From the NCBI GenBank assembly GCA_963741915.1, contig CAVUJW010000013.1, positions 203,791 through 267,790 of the forward strand: a stretch of DNA of 64,000 nt. The letters run 5' to 3'. Position 1 is the stretch's first letter; each line of letters opens with the position of its first letter. The translations under genes and the position numbers were made by a program. This document shows, in pieces, positions 55,249 to 64,000 of this stretch. Source of the DNA: an uncultured Chloroflexia bacterium. Lineage in GTDB: Bacteria; Chloroflexota; Limnocylindria; Limnocylindrales; CSP1-4. Under the pieces are notes generated by a model, which had not been told where the DNA came from, ran no database searches, and worked only from the letters and a program-made list of their open reading frames with translations.

Positions 55249-56412
55249 CTATCCGGCCGGTCCCACGTGCTCGCGGGCTCGCCGCTCGGCGGCCAGGTCG
55301 TCCAGGAGCGCGGCCGTCTGGACGGCACGCACATCCCATGAGTACCGCTCGACGGCGGCCTGACGGCCGCGCGTGCCCATCGCGGCCGCTTCCGCCGGGT
55401 CGGCGACCAGCTGCGCCACGGCACGGGCGAGCGCGTCGGCGTCTCCCGCCGGAAACGTCAGCCCACAGGCGTGCTCCCGCACGATGTCGCCCAGGCCCGG
55501 CAGGGCCGAGGCCACGACGGGAACCCCCGAGGCCATGCCCTCGAACAGCTTGAGGGGCGACAGGCCGAACTGCGAGCGGGGCACGTCGGTCATCGGCACG
55601 AGGGCCGCGAGGCTGCCGGCAACCAGCGACGGGATCTGGTCGTAGGGGACCGTCCCCAGCCACCGGATGTCGGGCCGCCGACGCACCGCCGCCTCGACGA
55701 CCCCGCGCTCGTTGCCGTCGCCGGCGATGATCAGCTCGACCCCACCGGGCCACGACGCCGAGCCGACCGCCTCGACGATCGTGTCGACACCCTGCCACGG
55801 TGCGAGCGCCCCGACGAACACCACGTATCGATCGGGCGAGGCGGGGTCCTCGCCGCGGCGCCCCGGCGCCCGGGTGGTGGTGGTGGCCCGCGGGGTGAAC
55901 CGATCGACATCGGCGCCGTTGCCGATGACGCGATAGCCGTCGAGCCGCCCGGAGTGCTCCTGCATGTATCCGACCAGGCCCGGGGTCACGACCACGATGG
56001 CATCGGCGGTGCGGACCTGGATCCGCGACACCAGCGACAGCAGCCCTCGCGCGAACCGCAGCAGCGGCCACGCGTCGTAGGTGTCCGAGGCCGGCCCGTT
56101 GATCTCCTGGACCACGATCGACCCTGCCATGCGGGCCACGATCGCGATCGGCAGGGCCAGGAAGTGCGCCCTGATGTAGACGAACCCGGCGGGCCGGAAC
56201 CGGCAGCTCACGAGATAGGCAAGCTGGCTACTGGCCGCGACCAGCGCCCGCCGCAAGCCGTCGGCCCGACCGGGTCGCGGGTGCGCGGGCTCGACCAGCC
56301 TCACCTCCCAACCGTGGCGCCGCAACCCGGCCACGATCTCGTTGACGTGCGCGTAGCTGGCCTGGCCCTGGCGGGTCGGCTGCATGCAGATGTAGTCGAC
56401 GGTCCTGCGCAT
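55249..56412 (-). CDS. GT-B fold glycosyltransferase (GT4 family-like)
   Basis: 387 aa from ATG 56412 (the ORF is open to 56832): MRRTVDYICMQPTRQGQASYAHVNEIVAGLRRHGWEV...FGLSPLKLFEGMASGVPVVAS. Confidence 0.85.
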   Translation of the reverse strand: MRRTVDYICMQPTRQGQASYAHVNEIVAGLRRHGWEVRLVEPAHPRPGRADGLRRALVAASSQLAYLVSCRFRPAGFVYIRAHFLALPIAIVARMAGSIVVQEINGPASDTYDAWPLLRFARGLLSLVSRIQVRTADAIVVVTPGLVGYMQEHSGRLDGYRVIGNGADVDRFTPRATTTTRAPGRRGEDPASPDRYVVFVGALAPWQGVDTIVEAVGSASWPGGVELIIAGDGNERGVVEAAVRRRPDIRWLGTVPYDQIPSLVAGSLAALVPMTDVPRSQFGLSPLKLFEGMASGVPVVASALPGLGDIVREHACGLTFPAGDADALARAVAQLVADPAEAAAMGTRGRQAAVERYSWDVRAVQTAALLDDLAAERRAREHVGPAG

Positions 56413-57878
56413 CAGCGGTCGCCCCGTGCCCCGCCGCCTCGCGGTCCGCCGGCGGGTCCCGGCCGGCGCTTCGCCCGAGGGACGGCGACCGCCGCGCGCG
56501 CGCCCCGCCGCCATCCGGGCGGGCCGACGGATGCCGGCGGGCGACGCACGGCCCGGTCCGCGACGGACGACTGGAGCGCCGCGCCGAGCAGCGCCCAGTA
56601 CAGGAAGATGATCGGGTAGTCGAGGGGCGTCTGGGTGAGGCCGGCGACCGCGATCAGGATCGTGATCGGGACGAGCGCATCGCCGAACCTCGCTTTGAGC
56701 AGGGCGAACGGGGCGACCAGGAGCAGGATCAGGGCGCCGACGAGCGGTACCGAGCCCTGCGCGAAGGCCCGGAACCACGTGCTGTCCACCGCGGTCCCCA
56801 GCAGCAGCTCGGGTGAGCCCCAGGTCCCCCACGGGTAGACGGCGTTCAGGTCGATCACGGACCGCCAGTAGTCGAGCCGGCCGGCGAGGTTCGCATCGGC
56901 CTGGGGTCCTTGGGTCCAGACCGCGATCAGGGCGCTGAACCGGTCCACCAGGCCCTGCGAAGGCTCAACCGCGACGACCACGGTGATCGCCACCAGCGCG
57001 GCCACGCCGACGGAGATCGCCGTCCGGGCCGCTCCCGGCGCGCTCGTTCGGCCACGCAGGAACGCCAGAACCACGCCCACGCACGCCGCCGCGACGAGGG
57101 CGACCGAGGCTCCTCGCGACTGGCTGAGGCCCAAGGTCAGCACGGCCAGCAGCACGCCCGCCACCCGGAGGCGGGTCGTCAGGATCGTCCAGGCGAGGAT
57201 CGTGGCCACGCCGGCCCACAGGCCGAGCTCGTTGGGATTGAAGTAGAGGCCGGTTGGCCGGGCCTGGACGAAGCTGCCGTACAGCGCCTGCAGCGACAGG
57301 TCCCACGCATGGAACGGGGCGAACAGCTCCCACGCCGGCCCACGGCCGAGGTACGCGATCTGCCCCAGCGCGTAGGCGAGCTGCAGCCCGATCGCCATGG
57401 CCAGCCACGGCCGCCAGCGCCGCATCGGTGCGGCGGACGCTGCCGCTCCGAGGACCATGAACGACAGGGCCGACGTCGACCCGGTGATCGAGATCAGGGT
57501 CCGGTACGGATACCGGTTGAACATGACCCCCAGCACCGGCAGGACCAGCTCGAGCACGAGGTAGGGGGCCACGGCGATGATGAACACCGGGCTCCGCAGG
57601 AAGCGAAGCGTCGATCCGGTGCCGTAGCGGATGACTGCTACCGCGGCCGCCGCAGGCGCCCCGAAGCTCAACAGCTCCAACGCGCCCCGGCCTCCGGTCG
57701 AGACCCCCACCACGAGCCGATCGCCGAGAAGCGCGCAGAGCACGACGAACCCGATGATCAGGGCCATGCCGAGGTCGGCCTCATGGGCGGCCTCGCTCGC
57801 GATGGCGGCCTCGCTCCCGGTCGCCGTCCGGGCGCCCGGGCGCGGCCACGTCCCGCGACGAGCGACCCCCCCGCTCAC
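56412..57878 (-). CDS. O-antigen ligase/polymerase family (Wzy_C) membrane protein
   Basis: 488 aa with ~10-12 TM segments. The loop ...TGLYFNPNELGLWAGV...LGLSQSRGASVAL is typical of the Wzy_C domain. The GTG at 57878 overlaps the upstream stop (GTGA); an alternative start is at 57767. Confidence 0.8.
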   Translation of the reverse strand: MSGGVARRGTWPRPGARTATGSEAAIASEAAHEADLGMALIIGFVVLCALLGDRLVVGVSTGGRGALELLSFGAPAAAAVAVIRYGTGSTLRFLRSPVFIIAVAPYLVLELVLPVLGVMFNRYPYRTLISITGSTSALSFMVLGAAASAAPMRRWRPWLAMAIGLQLAYALGQIAYLGRGPAWELFAPFHAWDLSLQALYGSFVQARPTGLYFNPNELGLWAGVATILAWTILTTRLRVAGVLLAVLTLGLSQSRGASVALVAAACVGVVLAFLRGRTSAPGAARTAISVGVAALVAITVVVAVEPSQGLVDRFSALIAVWTQGPQADANLAGRLDYWRSVIDLNAVYPWGTWGSPELLLGTAVDSTWFRAFAQGSVPLVGALILLLVAPFALLKARFGDALVPITILIAVAGLTQTPLDYPIIFLYWALLGAALQSSVADRAVRRPPASVGPPGWRRGARAAVAVPRAKRRPGPAGGPRGGGARGDR

Positions 57879-58822
57879 GCGCGGCCCCCGATGAGGGCCG
57901 CCAGGCGCGCTACGAGCCGATCCGGGTCGTAGGCTTCGAGCGCGTAGGCCCGGCCCTCGAGGTTCAGTTCGAGCGACCCGGCCCGGTGGGCGTCGTGGAG
58001 CGCGGCCAGCTCCGCGACGAGCCCGTCAGCGGTCACGGGCTCGAGCGTCCGGACGAACGGGAGCCGGTAGGAGTAGATGACCTGGCGTCCATGGAGCAGG
58101 GCCTCGACCACGGTGTGCCCGAGGCCGTCATGACGCGGGATGCGGACGACCGCCGCGGCGCGCGCGTACAGGTCGTTCATGCCCGCCACCCAGCCATGCC
58201 ACGTGACGTTGGGCTGGACGGGACGCTCGGCTGGCCCGGGCGGGCCGACTACGTCGAACGTTATGTCGGGAAGCCGCCGCGCGGCCTCGAGCACGACCTC
58301 GCCGCCATAGAAGGCGAACCGGTCGCCGGGCAGGTAGGTCAGCACCCGGAAGGTCTCCGGCATGGGCGACGGCACGGCGGGCGCCTCGTAGGGCTGCGGC
58401 ACGTGGACCACCTCGGCGTTGTACCCGAGCTCCTGGAGCTCGACGGCGAGCCACGGTGCGGTCGTGATGTGGAGATCGGCGCGGGCCATGTCGACGGCAC
58501 GTCGGCGGAGCGTCCCCGCGCGGGACTCGGCTAGCGTGTCCATCACATCCGTGCCCAGCCAGTAGTGGCAGCCGCGCGCGTGCGGCATCCGCCGTCGCAG
58601 CATTGACCAGTACGCGTCGAACAGCCGACCGCGGAGCGTCGTCGCCCCGACGCGATACCCGGCCCGGACGAGGACGAGGTCGCGTGCTCGCGGCGGGCGA
58701 GCCAGCACCTGGGGGTATGCCCCCTGGTGGATGAACCGCGCCTCGATGTCGCTCCGGCCGTCGAGCGCGCTGGCAATCCTCGACCCCCAGTACGGCTGCC
58801 CGAGCACGAGGACCTCAATCAT
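57875..58822 (-). CDS. putative glycosyltransferase (GT-B-like C-terminal half)
   Basis: 315 aa. Sequence ...VRIPRHDGLGHTVVEALLHGRQVIYS... resembles the nucleotide-sugar-binding half of GT4 enzymes. The N-terminal half is not recognisable. Confidence 0.6.
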   Translation of the reverse strand: MIEVLVLGQPYWGSRIASALDGRSDIEARFIHQGAYPQVLARPPRARDLVLVRAGYRVGATTLRGRLFDAYWSMLRRRMPHARGCHYWLGTDVMDTLAESRAGTLRRRAVDMARADLHITTAPWLAVELQELGYNAEVVHVPQPYEAPAVPSPMPETFRVLTYLPGDRFAFYGGEVVLEAARRLPDITFDVVGPPGPAERPVQPNVTWHGWVAGMNDLYARAAAVVRIPRHDGLGHTVVEALLHGRQVIYSYRLPFVRTLEPVTADGLVAELAALHDAHRAGSLELNLEGRAYALEAYDPDRLVARLAALIGGRA

Positions 58823-60368
58823 CGGAGCCAGAGACTAGCGCCCGGATCTGGGGCGTGACGCGGGAGGCTGAGGCGACCGAGCCTGCCCAGCCGACGCCCG
58901 CGATCGCGACGACGGCGATCGGTGCCCAGCCCAGTGCCGAAGCCAGGACGACGAGCGCGGCGGACGGCAGCGTGACCGCCAGGATCCGAAGACCGGGCGG
59001 GACGAGATCGAGGACGCTGGCGCCGGCGACTCGCAGGATCCTCCACAGTGCCCCGATGTTGATCAGGATCGTCGCCAGCGACAGGGCGACGATGCCGACG
59101 ATGAGGGACCCGGTCACCGCGCCCAGCAGGAGCGATGCCGCCTTGAGCAGCAGCTCCGCGAGCGTGAACGCGAGGCTCTCGGCTTCGCGACGCCCGACCA
59201 GGAGCAGGGTGGAGATCGGGCTGGCGACGCTCCACAGGATCAGCGAGGGGGCCATGATCTGCGCATAGGTCCCGGCCGTCGCCCATCGGCTGCCGAACAG
59301 GAGCTCGATCATGTCCGGGCCGCCCACCATGACGATCGTGTAGGTGGGGATCGAGAACACGAGCAGCGACACGGCGACGTTGAGCGCGATGTCATGAAGT
59401 CGCTTGCGGTCGTCGCGGCGGTGCGACGCCTCGCCGAAGAAGACCTGGCTCACGCCCGCGCCGACGATTGACGCCGGGAGCACGAGCATCCGGTACGCCA
59501 GGAAGTACTCGCCCGACGAGTCGAGGTCGAACAGGCCCGGGATCAGCAGGAACGGCACCTGGAGCGAGAGGGCATTGAGGAGGGACGCCACCGACATCAC
59601 GCGCGCGAAGCCCCACCTCGCCCGGGCCTGGCGGAGCATCAGTCGGATGTCGACCTGCGTGATCCGCAGGGTCGCAACCAGCGGCCTGATCAGCTGCTCC
59701 GTGCCGAGGACCCGCCCGACGACGTCGCCCACGATCAGGCCGCCTGGACCTGCCCGAACGACGCCAAGGCCGGACTGGAAGATCGCCTGCGCCAGCCCCT
59801 GGATCGCCCGCATCCGACCAAGGGCCGGGAACGTGCGGTGGTAGACGGCCCAGGAGGCGACGCCCTGGGAGATGCTCGCCACGAACAGCGCGATGGGCAA
59901 TAGCCACAGCAGCGGCGCCAGCTGCGACGCACCTGCGAACTGCGCGATCCGGGAGCCCCACAGGAGCAGGACGACACCCAGCACGATGCTGGTGATGAGC
60001 GCCACGAGCACCGAGAACAGGAGCAGGTGAACCGCCTCTCGCGCATCGTCCGCGATCGGCACCGCGAGATCGAAGCGGAGCGACGAGACCGCAAGCATCA
60101 CCGTCAGCGAGGCCGAGTAGATGGACAGCAGCCCGAAGGCCTGCGGGCTGTACAGCCGCGCGAGCACGGGGCTGGCGAGCACGAGCGCACCCTGGCCGAT
60201 GGCCGCGGCTGCGCCGACCAGAACGACGCTTCGCGCGACGCCACCGATCGCGATCCCAGGCCTTCGGAGGCCGAGGCCACGGAGCGTCATGCGCCGCGCC
60301 CTGCGTCGCGGACCGCGTTCCTGGCGTTCAGAGCGGTCGGCTATGGCAGGCGCTGCCGGCCGGTGCAC
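58815..60368 (-). CDS. polysaccharide flippase (Wzx/MOP superfamily)
   Basis: 517 aa (a likelier start is ATG 60290, MTLRGLG...). It has ~12-14 TM segments and the N-terminal pattern ...GQGALVLASPVLARLYSPQAFGLLSIY... typical of oligosaccharide flippases. Confidence 0.8.
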   Translation of the reverse strand: MHRPAAPAIADRSERQERGPRRRARRMTLRGLGLRRPGIAIGGVARSVVLVGAAAAIGQGALVLASPVLARLYSPQAFGLLSIYSASLTVMLAVSSLRFDLAVPIADDAREAVHLLLFSVLVALITSIVLGVVLLLWGSRIAQFAGASQLAPLLWLLPIALFVASISQGVASWAVYHRTFPALGRMRAIQGLAQAIFQSGLGVVRAGPGGLIVGDVVGRVLGTEQLIRPLVATLRITQVDIRLMLRQARARWGFARVMSVASLLNALSLQVPFLLIPGLFDLDSSGEYFLAYRMLVLPASIVGAGVSQVFFGEASHRRDDRKRLHDIALNVAVSLLVFSIPTYTIVMVGGPDMIELLFGSRWATAGTYAQIMAPSLILWSVASPISTLLLVGRREAESLAFTLAELLLKAASLLLGAVTGSLIVGIVALSLATILINIGALWRILRVAGASVLDLVPPGLRILAVTLPSAALVVLASALGWAPIAVVAIAGVGWAGSVASASRVTPQIRALVSGSDD

Positions 60369-60383
60369 ACCGCTGGGCGGGGG

Positions 60384-62003
60384 TCACGGCGTCGAGCTCG
60401 GCCGCGAGTCGCGCAGCTCGGGCGGCGTCGTCGCCGCGTCGGCGGCCGCATCGACCACCTCGGCGTAGCTCGGGTAGTACCCGCCGTCCGCCACGCGGGC
60501 TGGGTCCCGGATCAGGTTCAGGACGACCCCGATCACGCGGGCCCCCGCCCGCTCGAGGGACTCGCGCCCCATCTGCACCGTCGCGCGATGGCCCTTGCCG
60601 CCCCCGATCACGAGCACGGTCGCATCCATGAACGAGGACAGGATCGCCGCGTCGGCGACGCTCTGGATGGGCGGGCTGTCCAGGATGATGAGGTCGTACC
60701 CGGACTTCAACCCGTCCATGATGGCTCCCATGCGACGGGACCCCAGGAGCTCAGCCGGGTTGGGCGGCAGGGGCCCCGTGGTCAGGATCCACAGGTTCTC
60801 CTGCTCGGTCGCCTGTGCAAAGGCATGGTGGTCGTCCTCGCCCCGCAGGAGCGTGGTCAGCCCGTGCGTGTTGGGGCGGTCGAACAGGCGCTGGAGGCCC
60901 GGTCGCCGGAGGTCCGCATCCATGAGCAGCACCCGCCGCCCGGTCTGCGCGAACACGATCGCCAGGTTCGCGGCGGTGACCGACTTGCCCTCGCCCGGCA
61001 CCGAGCTGGTGACGAGCAGGGTCTTGATCGGATCGTCGACGGCGGCGAACTCGATGTTCGCGCGGAGCGTTCGATAGGACTCCGTTGCGGACGATCGCGG
61101 TTGGAGCAGGGCCACGAGGCGGTAGATCTCGTTCCGTCCGCGCTCGCCCGACATCTTCCGGATCACGCCCAGGGCCGGCAGGCCGACCGAGGTCTCGGCG
61201 TCTTCCGGCGTCTTGATCGTGTCGTCAAGCCGATCCTTGACCAGCGTCACCGCACCGCCGAACAGTAGGCCCAGCAGGCCGCCCAGGAGCACGTTGAGCA
61301 GGACCCTGGGCGAGATCGGCGCCTTCGGAACCTCTGCGGGCTCGATCAGGGTGAGCAGGTTCGAGGCATTGCCGGACGAGTACGCCAGCAGTGCGGCATA
61401 GGTCGAGCGGAGGGAGACCAGGCGGGATTCCAGCGTCTCCAGCCGGGTCTGCTGCGCCGCCGTGCGGTCGGTCAGCGCCGTCAGCGACTCCAGCTCAGTC
61501 TGGGTCGAGTCGATCTGGTCCTGGGTCGTCCGAAGATTCTCATCGATGGACTGCTGGATGTCGGTCTGTCGGCCCTCGATCGCCGGCGACACCGCGATCA
61601 GCTGGGTCGCCACGGCGTTGGCGATCGCGGCTGCCTGCTTTGGATCGGTGTCCTGGGCGGAGATCGTCACCAGCGTGCTGTCCAGCGGGGCGTCGGCCGT
61701 TACGCTCGCGGCAAGGTCGTCGGCCGTCTGGCTCAGCCCGAGCTTGTCGATCACGGCCTGGAGGTTGGGCCTCGTGGTCGCGACGGTGGCATAGGTGGCG
61801 GACAGCCGCTGCGACACGAGGATCTGGTTGTAGTCGGGGCTGACCCCGGACAGCGACTGGCCGACGATCAGCGTCGCCTTCGCTTCGTAGACCTTGGGCA
61901 GGCTGCTGCTGAGGAAGAACGCCAAGCCAGCGGCAACGACCACGCACATGGCGAGGAACAGGAGCCACGCTCGAACGATCGCGAGCAAGCGCCGGAGGTC
62001 CAC
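60384..62003 (-). CDS. polysaccharide co-polymerase (Wzz-like) fused to a BY-kinase ATPase domain
   Basis: 539 aa. It has an N-terminal TM segment, a chain-length-determinant part (PKVYEAKATLIVGQ), a coiled-coil region and a second TM segment. These are followed by Walker A SSVPGEGKSVTAANLA, LLMDADLRRP and ILDSPP, and a Tyr-containing tail (GGYYPSY). Confidence 0.9.
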   Translation of the reverse strand: MDLRRLLAIVRAWLLFLAMCVVVAAGLAFFLSSSLPKVYEAKATLIVGQSLSGVSPDYNQILVSQRLSATYATVATTRPNLQAVIDKLGLSQTADDLAASVTADAPLDSTLVTISAQDTDPKQAAAIANAVATQLIAVSPAIEGRQTDIQQSIDENLRTTQDQIDSTQTELESLTALTDRTAAQQTRLETLESRLVSLRSTYAALLAYSSGNASNLLTLIEPAEVPKAPISPRVLLNVLLGGLLGLLFGGAVTLVKDRLDDTIKTPEDAETSVGLPALGVIRKMSGERGRNEIYRLVALLQPRSSATESYRTLRANIEFAAVDDPIKTLLVTSSVPGEGKSVTAANLAIVFAQTGRRVLLMDADLRRPGLQRLFDRPNTHGLTTLLRGEDDHHAFAQATEQENLWILTTGPLPPNPAELLGSRRMGAIMDGLKSGYDLIILDSPPIQSVADAAILSSFMDATVLVIGGGKGHRATVQMGRESLERAGARVIGVVLNLIRDPARVADGGYYPSYAEVVDAAADAATTPPELRDSRPSSTP

Positions 62004-62366
62004 GAGGTCTCACTCTCCGCCCAGGAGCTCCATGGGCTGTCGGCGCGCAGAACTCAGGGGCGACGCGCGTCCTCGATGATCATCGGCCAGCCCCTTCGCC
62101 ACCGTCAACCGTGGCGCCGAGCCTCGGGGACCCGTCCGCCCACCGCTCGCGGGAGGCGCGGGCCAGCGACCGTTGCGCGTGCGCACCGAAAAGCCACCCG
62201 GATGCAATGCCGATACCCCTTTGGTACTAGGCACGCCACACCAATTGCCCTAGCCTGAACGGCCTTGGGGAGGCAAGGGGGTCCGACGCTCAGGACAGCG
62301 GGGATGCGCCCGTCGGCCCGTGCCATGCCCAGACGCCACGCGGCAGCCAAGGCCGCGCATGGCCAC

Positions 62367-64000
62367 ATGGGGAGTCTCCGTAGCGCCGAGGGTGCATTGG
62401 CAGTCCGCCGCTCTTTCCGTACATCGCCTCGTCCCTGGAGGGACACTGTCATCGGCCGACGCGGCGAGGCAGGCCAGGAACGACGGCTCAGCCTCTCGCA
62501 GCTGTCGCTTCGGCTCGCCCGGGGCGTCCGCGGTCGATACCTGCTCGCGATCGACCTTGTCGGCATCGTGTCGGCGGCCTACGTGGCGATGGCGATCCGC
62601 CTCGACGAGCTCACCGGCTTGCTCGCCGTCCCGGCATTCCCGCTGATCGTCATCCTGCTGCTGTCCGTTCGCACCGTCGTCAACATCCTGCTCGGGCTGT
62701 ACAGCCGGCGCTGGCGATACGCCAGCATCCCCGAGCTGGAGCGGATCGTCGGCGCGGCAACGCTGGGTTCCGTGGTCAGCATCGCGGTGTTCTACGGGAC
62801 GGCCATCATCTCGGACGGCGGCTGGACCAGCGGCTATCCCGCGGTCCTTCTGGCCCATCGAGCTGATGCTCAGCATCGCGATCCTGGGCGGCGTCCGGTT
62901 CGGCATCCGCGCAGCGGCCGAGGGCGTTCACCGCGATGGCGGGACGGCGCTCCAGCCCCAACCCACGCTGTTGTACGGCGCCGGTGACGCGGGCGTGCTG
63001 ATGGCCAGGAGCGCCGCGCGCTACCCGGGCTCCGGGGTGCGACCGGTGGGGTTCCTCGACGACGATCCGACCCTCGCCGGTGGGATCATCGCCGGCTACC
63101 GCGTCTTCGGTAGCCTGGACGCCCTTGGGCCCGCGGTCGTTTCGACGGGTGCCAAGGTCCTCCTGATCACGATGCCCAGCGCCTCCGGCGAAGCCGTCCG
63201 TCGCGTCGTCGAGGCTGCCCTCGCGCTTCATCTCGACGTGCGGACGGTGCCCTCCATCTCGGATCTCCTCGACGGCAGCATCGACGCCGGTCGCATCCGG
63301 CGCGTCCGGGTCGAGGATCTCCTCCGGCGCCCGATCGTCACCGATCATCACCCCGACGTCGAGCGGATCATCCGCGGTCGCACGGTCGTGATCACGGGCG
63401 GCGCTGGCTCGATCGGCTCCGAGCTGGCGCGCCAGGTGCTCGCCATCGGGCCCCGGCGGCTGGTGCTCGTGGACCGGGCCGAGAGCCCTTTGTACCTCGT
63501 CCAGCGGGAGCTCGAGACGCGACGCAACCGCGGGCGCGGGAGCGGCGAGCTGCGGATGCACCTCGCCAACGTCGCGAACCGCTCGGCGATGCAGCGGCTG
63601 ATCAGCGAGGAGGCGCCCGACGTCATCTTCCACGCCGCGGCCTACAAGCACGTGCCGCTCATGGAGGAGCATCCCTCGGACGCGGCCTACGTCAACATGG
63701 GTGGCACGCTCGCCCTGCTCGAAGCCGCGGAGGCCGGCGGTGTCGAACGGTTCGTGTTCGTGTCGACGGACAAGGCCGTCAAGCCGTCCAGCGTGATGGG
63801 GGCCAGCAAGCGGATCGGCGAGATGCTCGTCGCGAGCACCGCGGCCCGGACGGGTCGGCCGTACGTGTCGGTCCGGTTCGGCAACGTTCTGGGCTCGACG
63901 GGCAGCGTCGTGCCGATCTTCCAGGAGCAGCTCGAGAGCGGCGAGCCCCTCACCGATCACGGACGCGGAGATGACCCGGTTCTTCATGACCATCCCGGAG
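62367..64000 (+). pseudogene. membrane-bound nucleotide-sugar 4,6-dehydratase/epimerase (CapD/PglF/WbpM-like), 3'-partial, with two apparent 1-nt frameshifts (C3 run 62838-62840 and ~63955)
   Basis: The TM part is in the frame of ORF 62265..62987 (RYLLAIDLVGIVSAAYVAMAIRLD...YSRRWRYASIPEL). It continues in another frame: PRSFWPIELMLSIAILGG...LLYGAGDAGVLMAR...VGFLDDDP...VVITGGAGSIGSEL...FHAAAYKHVPLME...STDKAV.PSSVMGASKR...FGNVLGS.GSV.P.F. The final piece is ITDAEMTRFFMTIPE in a third frame. The start is uncertain. Confidence 0.8.

Noticed and set aside
60027-61268. 413-aa + ORF opposite the Wzz/BY-kinase gene
   Set aside because: It is antisense to a protein with clear Walker A/B and chain-length-determinant motifs.
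62004-62366. Divergent intergenic region between the Wzz-kinase and CapD-like genes, scanned for promoters and riboswitch-like elements
   Set aside because: It contains only weak TTGNNN/TANNNT-like hexamers at non-canonical spacing. No conserved RNA motif was recognised, which is not enough to call a feature.

Overview
High-GC (about 70%) bacterial chromosomal window with dense, translationally coupled operons; codon usage looks Actinomycetota- or Chloroflexota-like. No rRNA, tRNA, CRISPR array, transposase or integrase was seen. (1) 1-22.4 kb holds branched-chain and aromatic amino-acid genes: ilvD (partial), leuDC, then ilvB-ilvN-ilvC-leuA-leuB-cimA, an orphan LeuA_dimer-domain gene and pheA. 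This block also contains an MFS/cNMP-binding fusion, a DUF885 protein and a MarP-like CvpA-protease. It is split by a c-di-GMP module: a membrane GAF-GGDEF-EAL protein, a DUF5317 protein, and a GEMM-I riboswitch in front of a 28-codon ORF. (2) 22.5-28.3 kb holds a HerA-like ATPase, a hypothetical protein, an aldehyde dehydrogenase and a ThDP enzyme. (3) 28.4-64 kb is one very large surface-polysaccharide locus. It carries two small phosphoglycosyl transferases and a WbpA/B/E/D-like UDP-diacetamido-glucuronate set. It also has PglF/E/D-like genes, three GT-B glycosyltransferases, Wzx, Wzy and a Wzz-tyrosine kinase. Its unusual content is what merits a second look. There are four FemAB/BioF2-like acyltransferase paralogs. 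A split transketolase sits with an Ldh_2 oxidoreductase, a carrier protein and an adenylating enzyme. A proline dehydrogenase reads in frame into a sugar transferase. A second GEMM-I-type riboswitch heads three tandem secreted beta-helix paralogs. From 19.1 kb onward at least 11 single-nucleotide frameshifts interrupt otherwise well-conserved genes. These are either assembly indels or real decay and must be resolved before functional claims are made. The long Arg/Gly/Pro-rich ORFs in the six-frame track are antisense or out-of-frame shadows typical of high-GC DNA.
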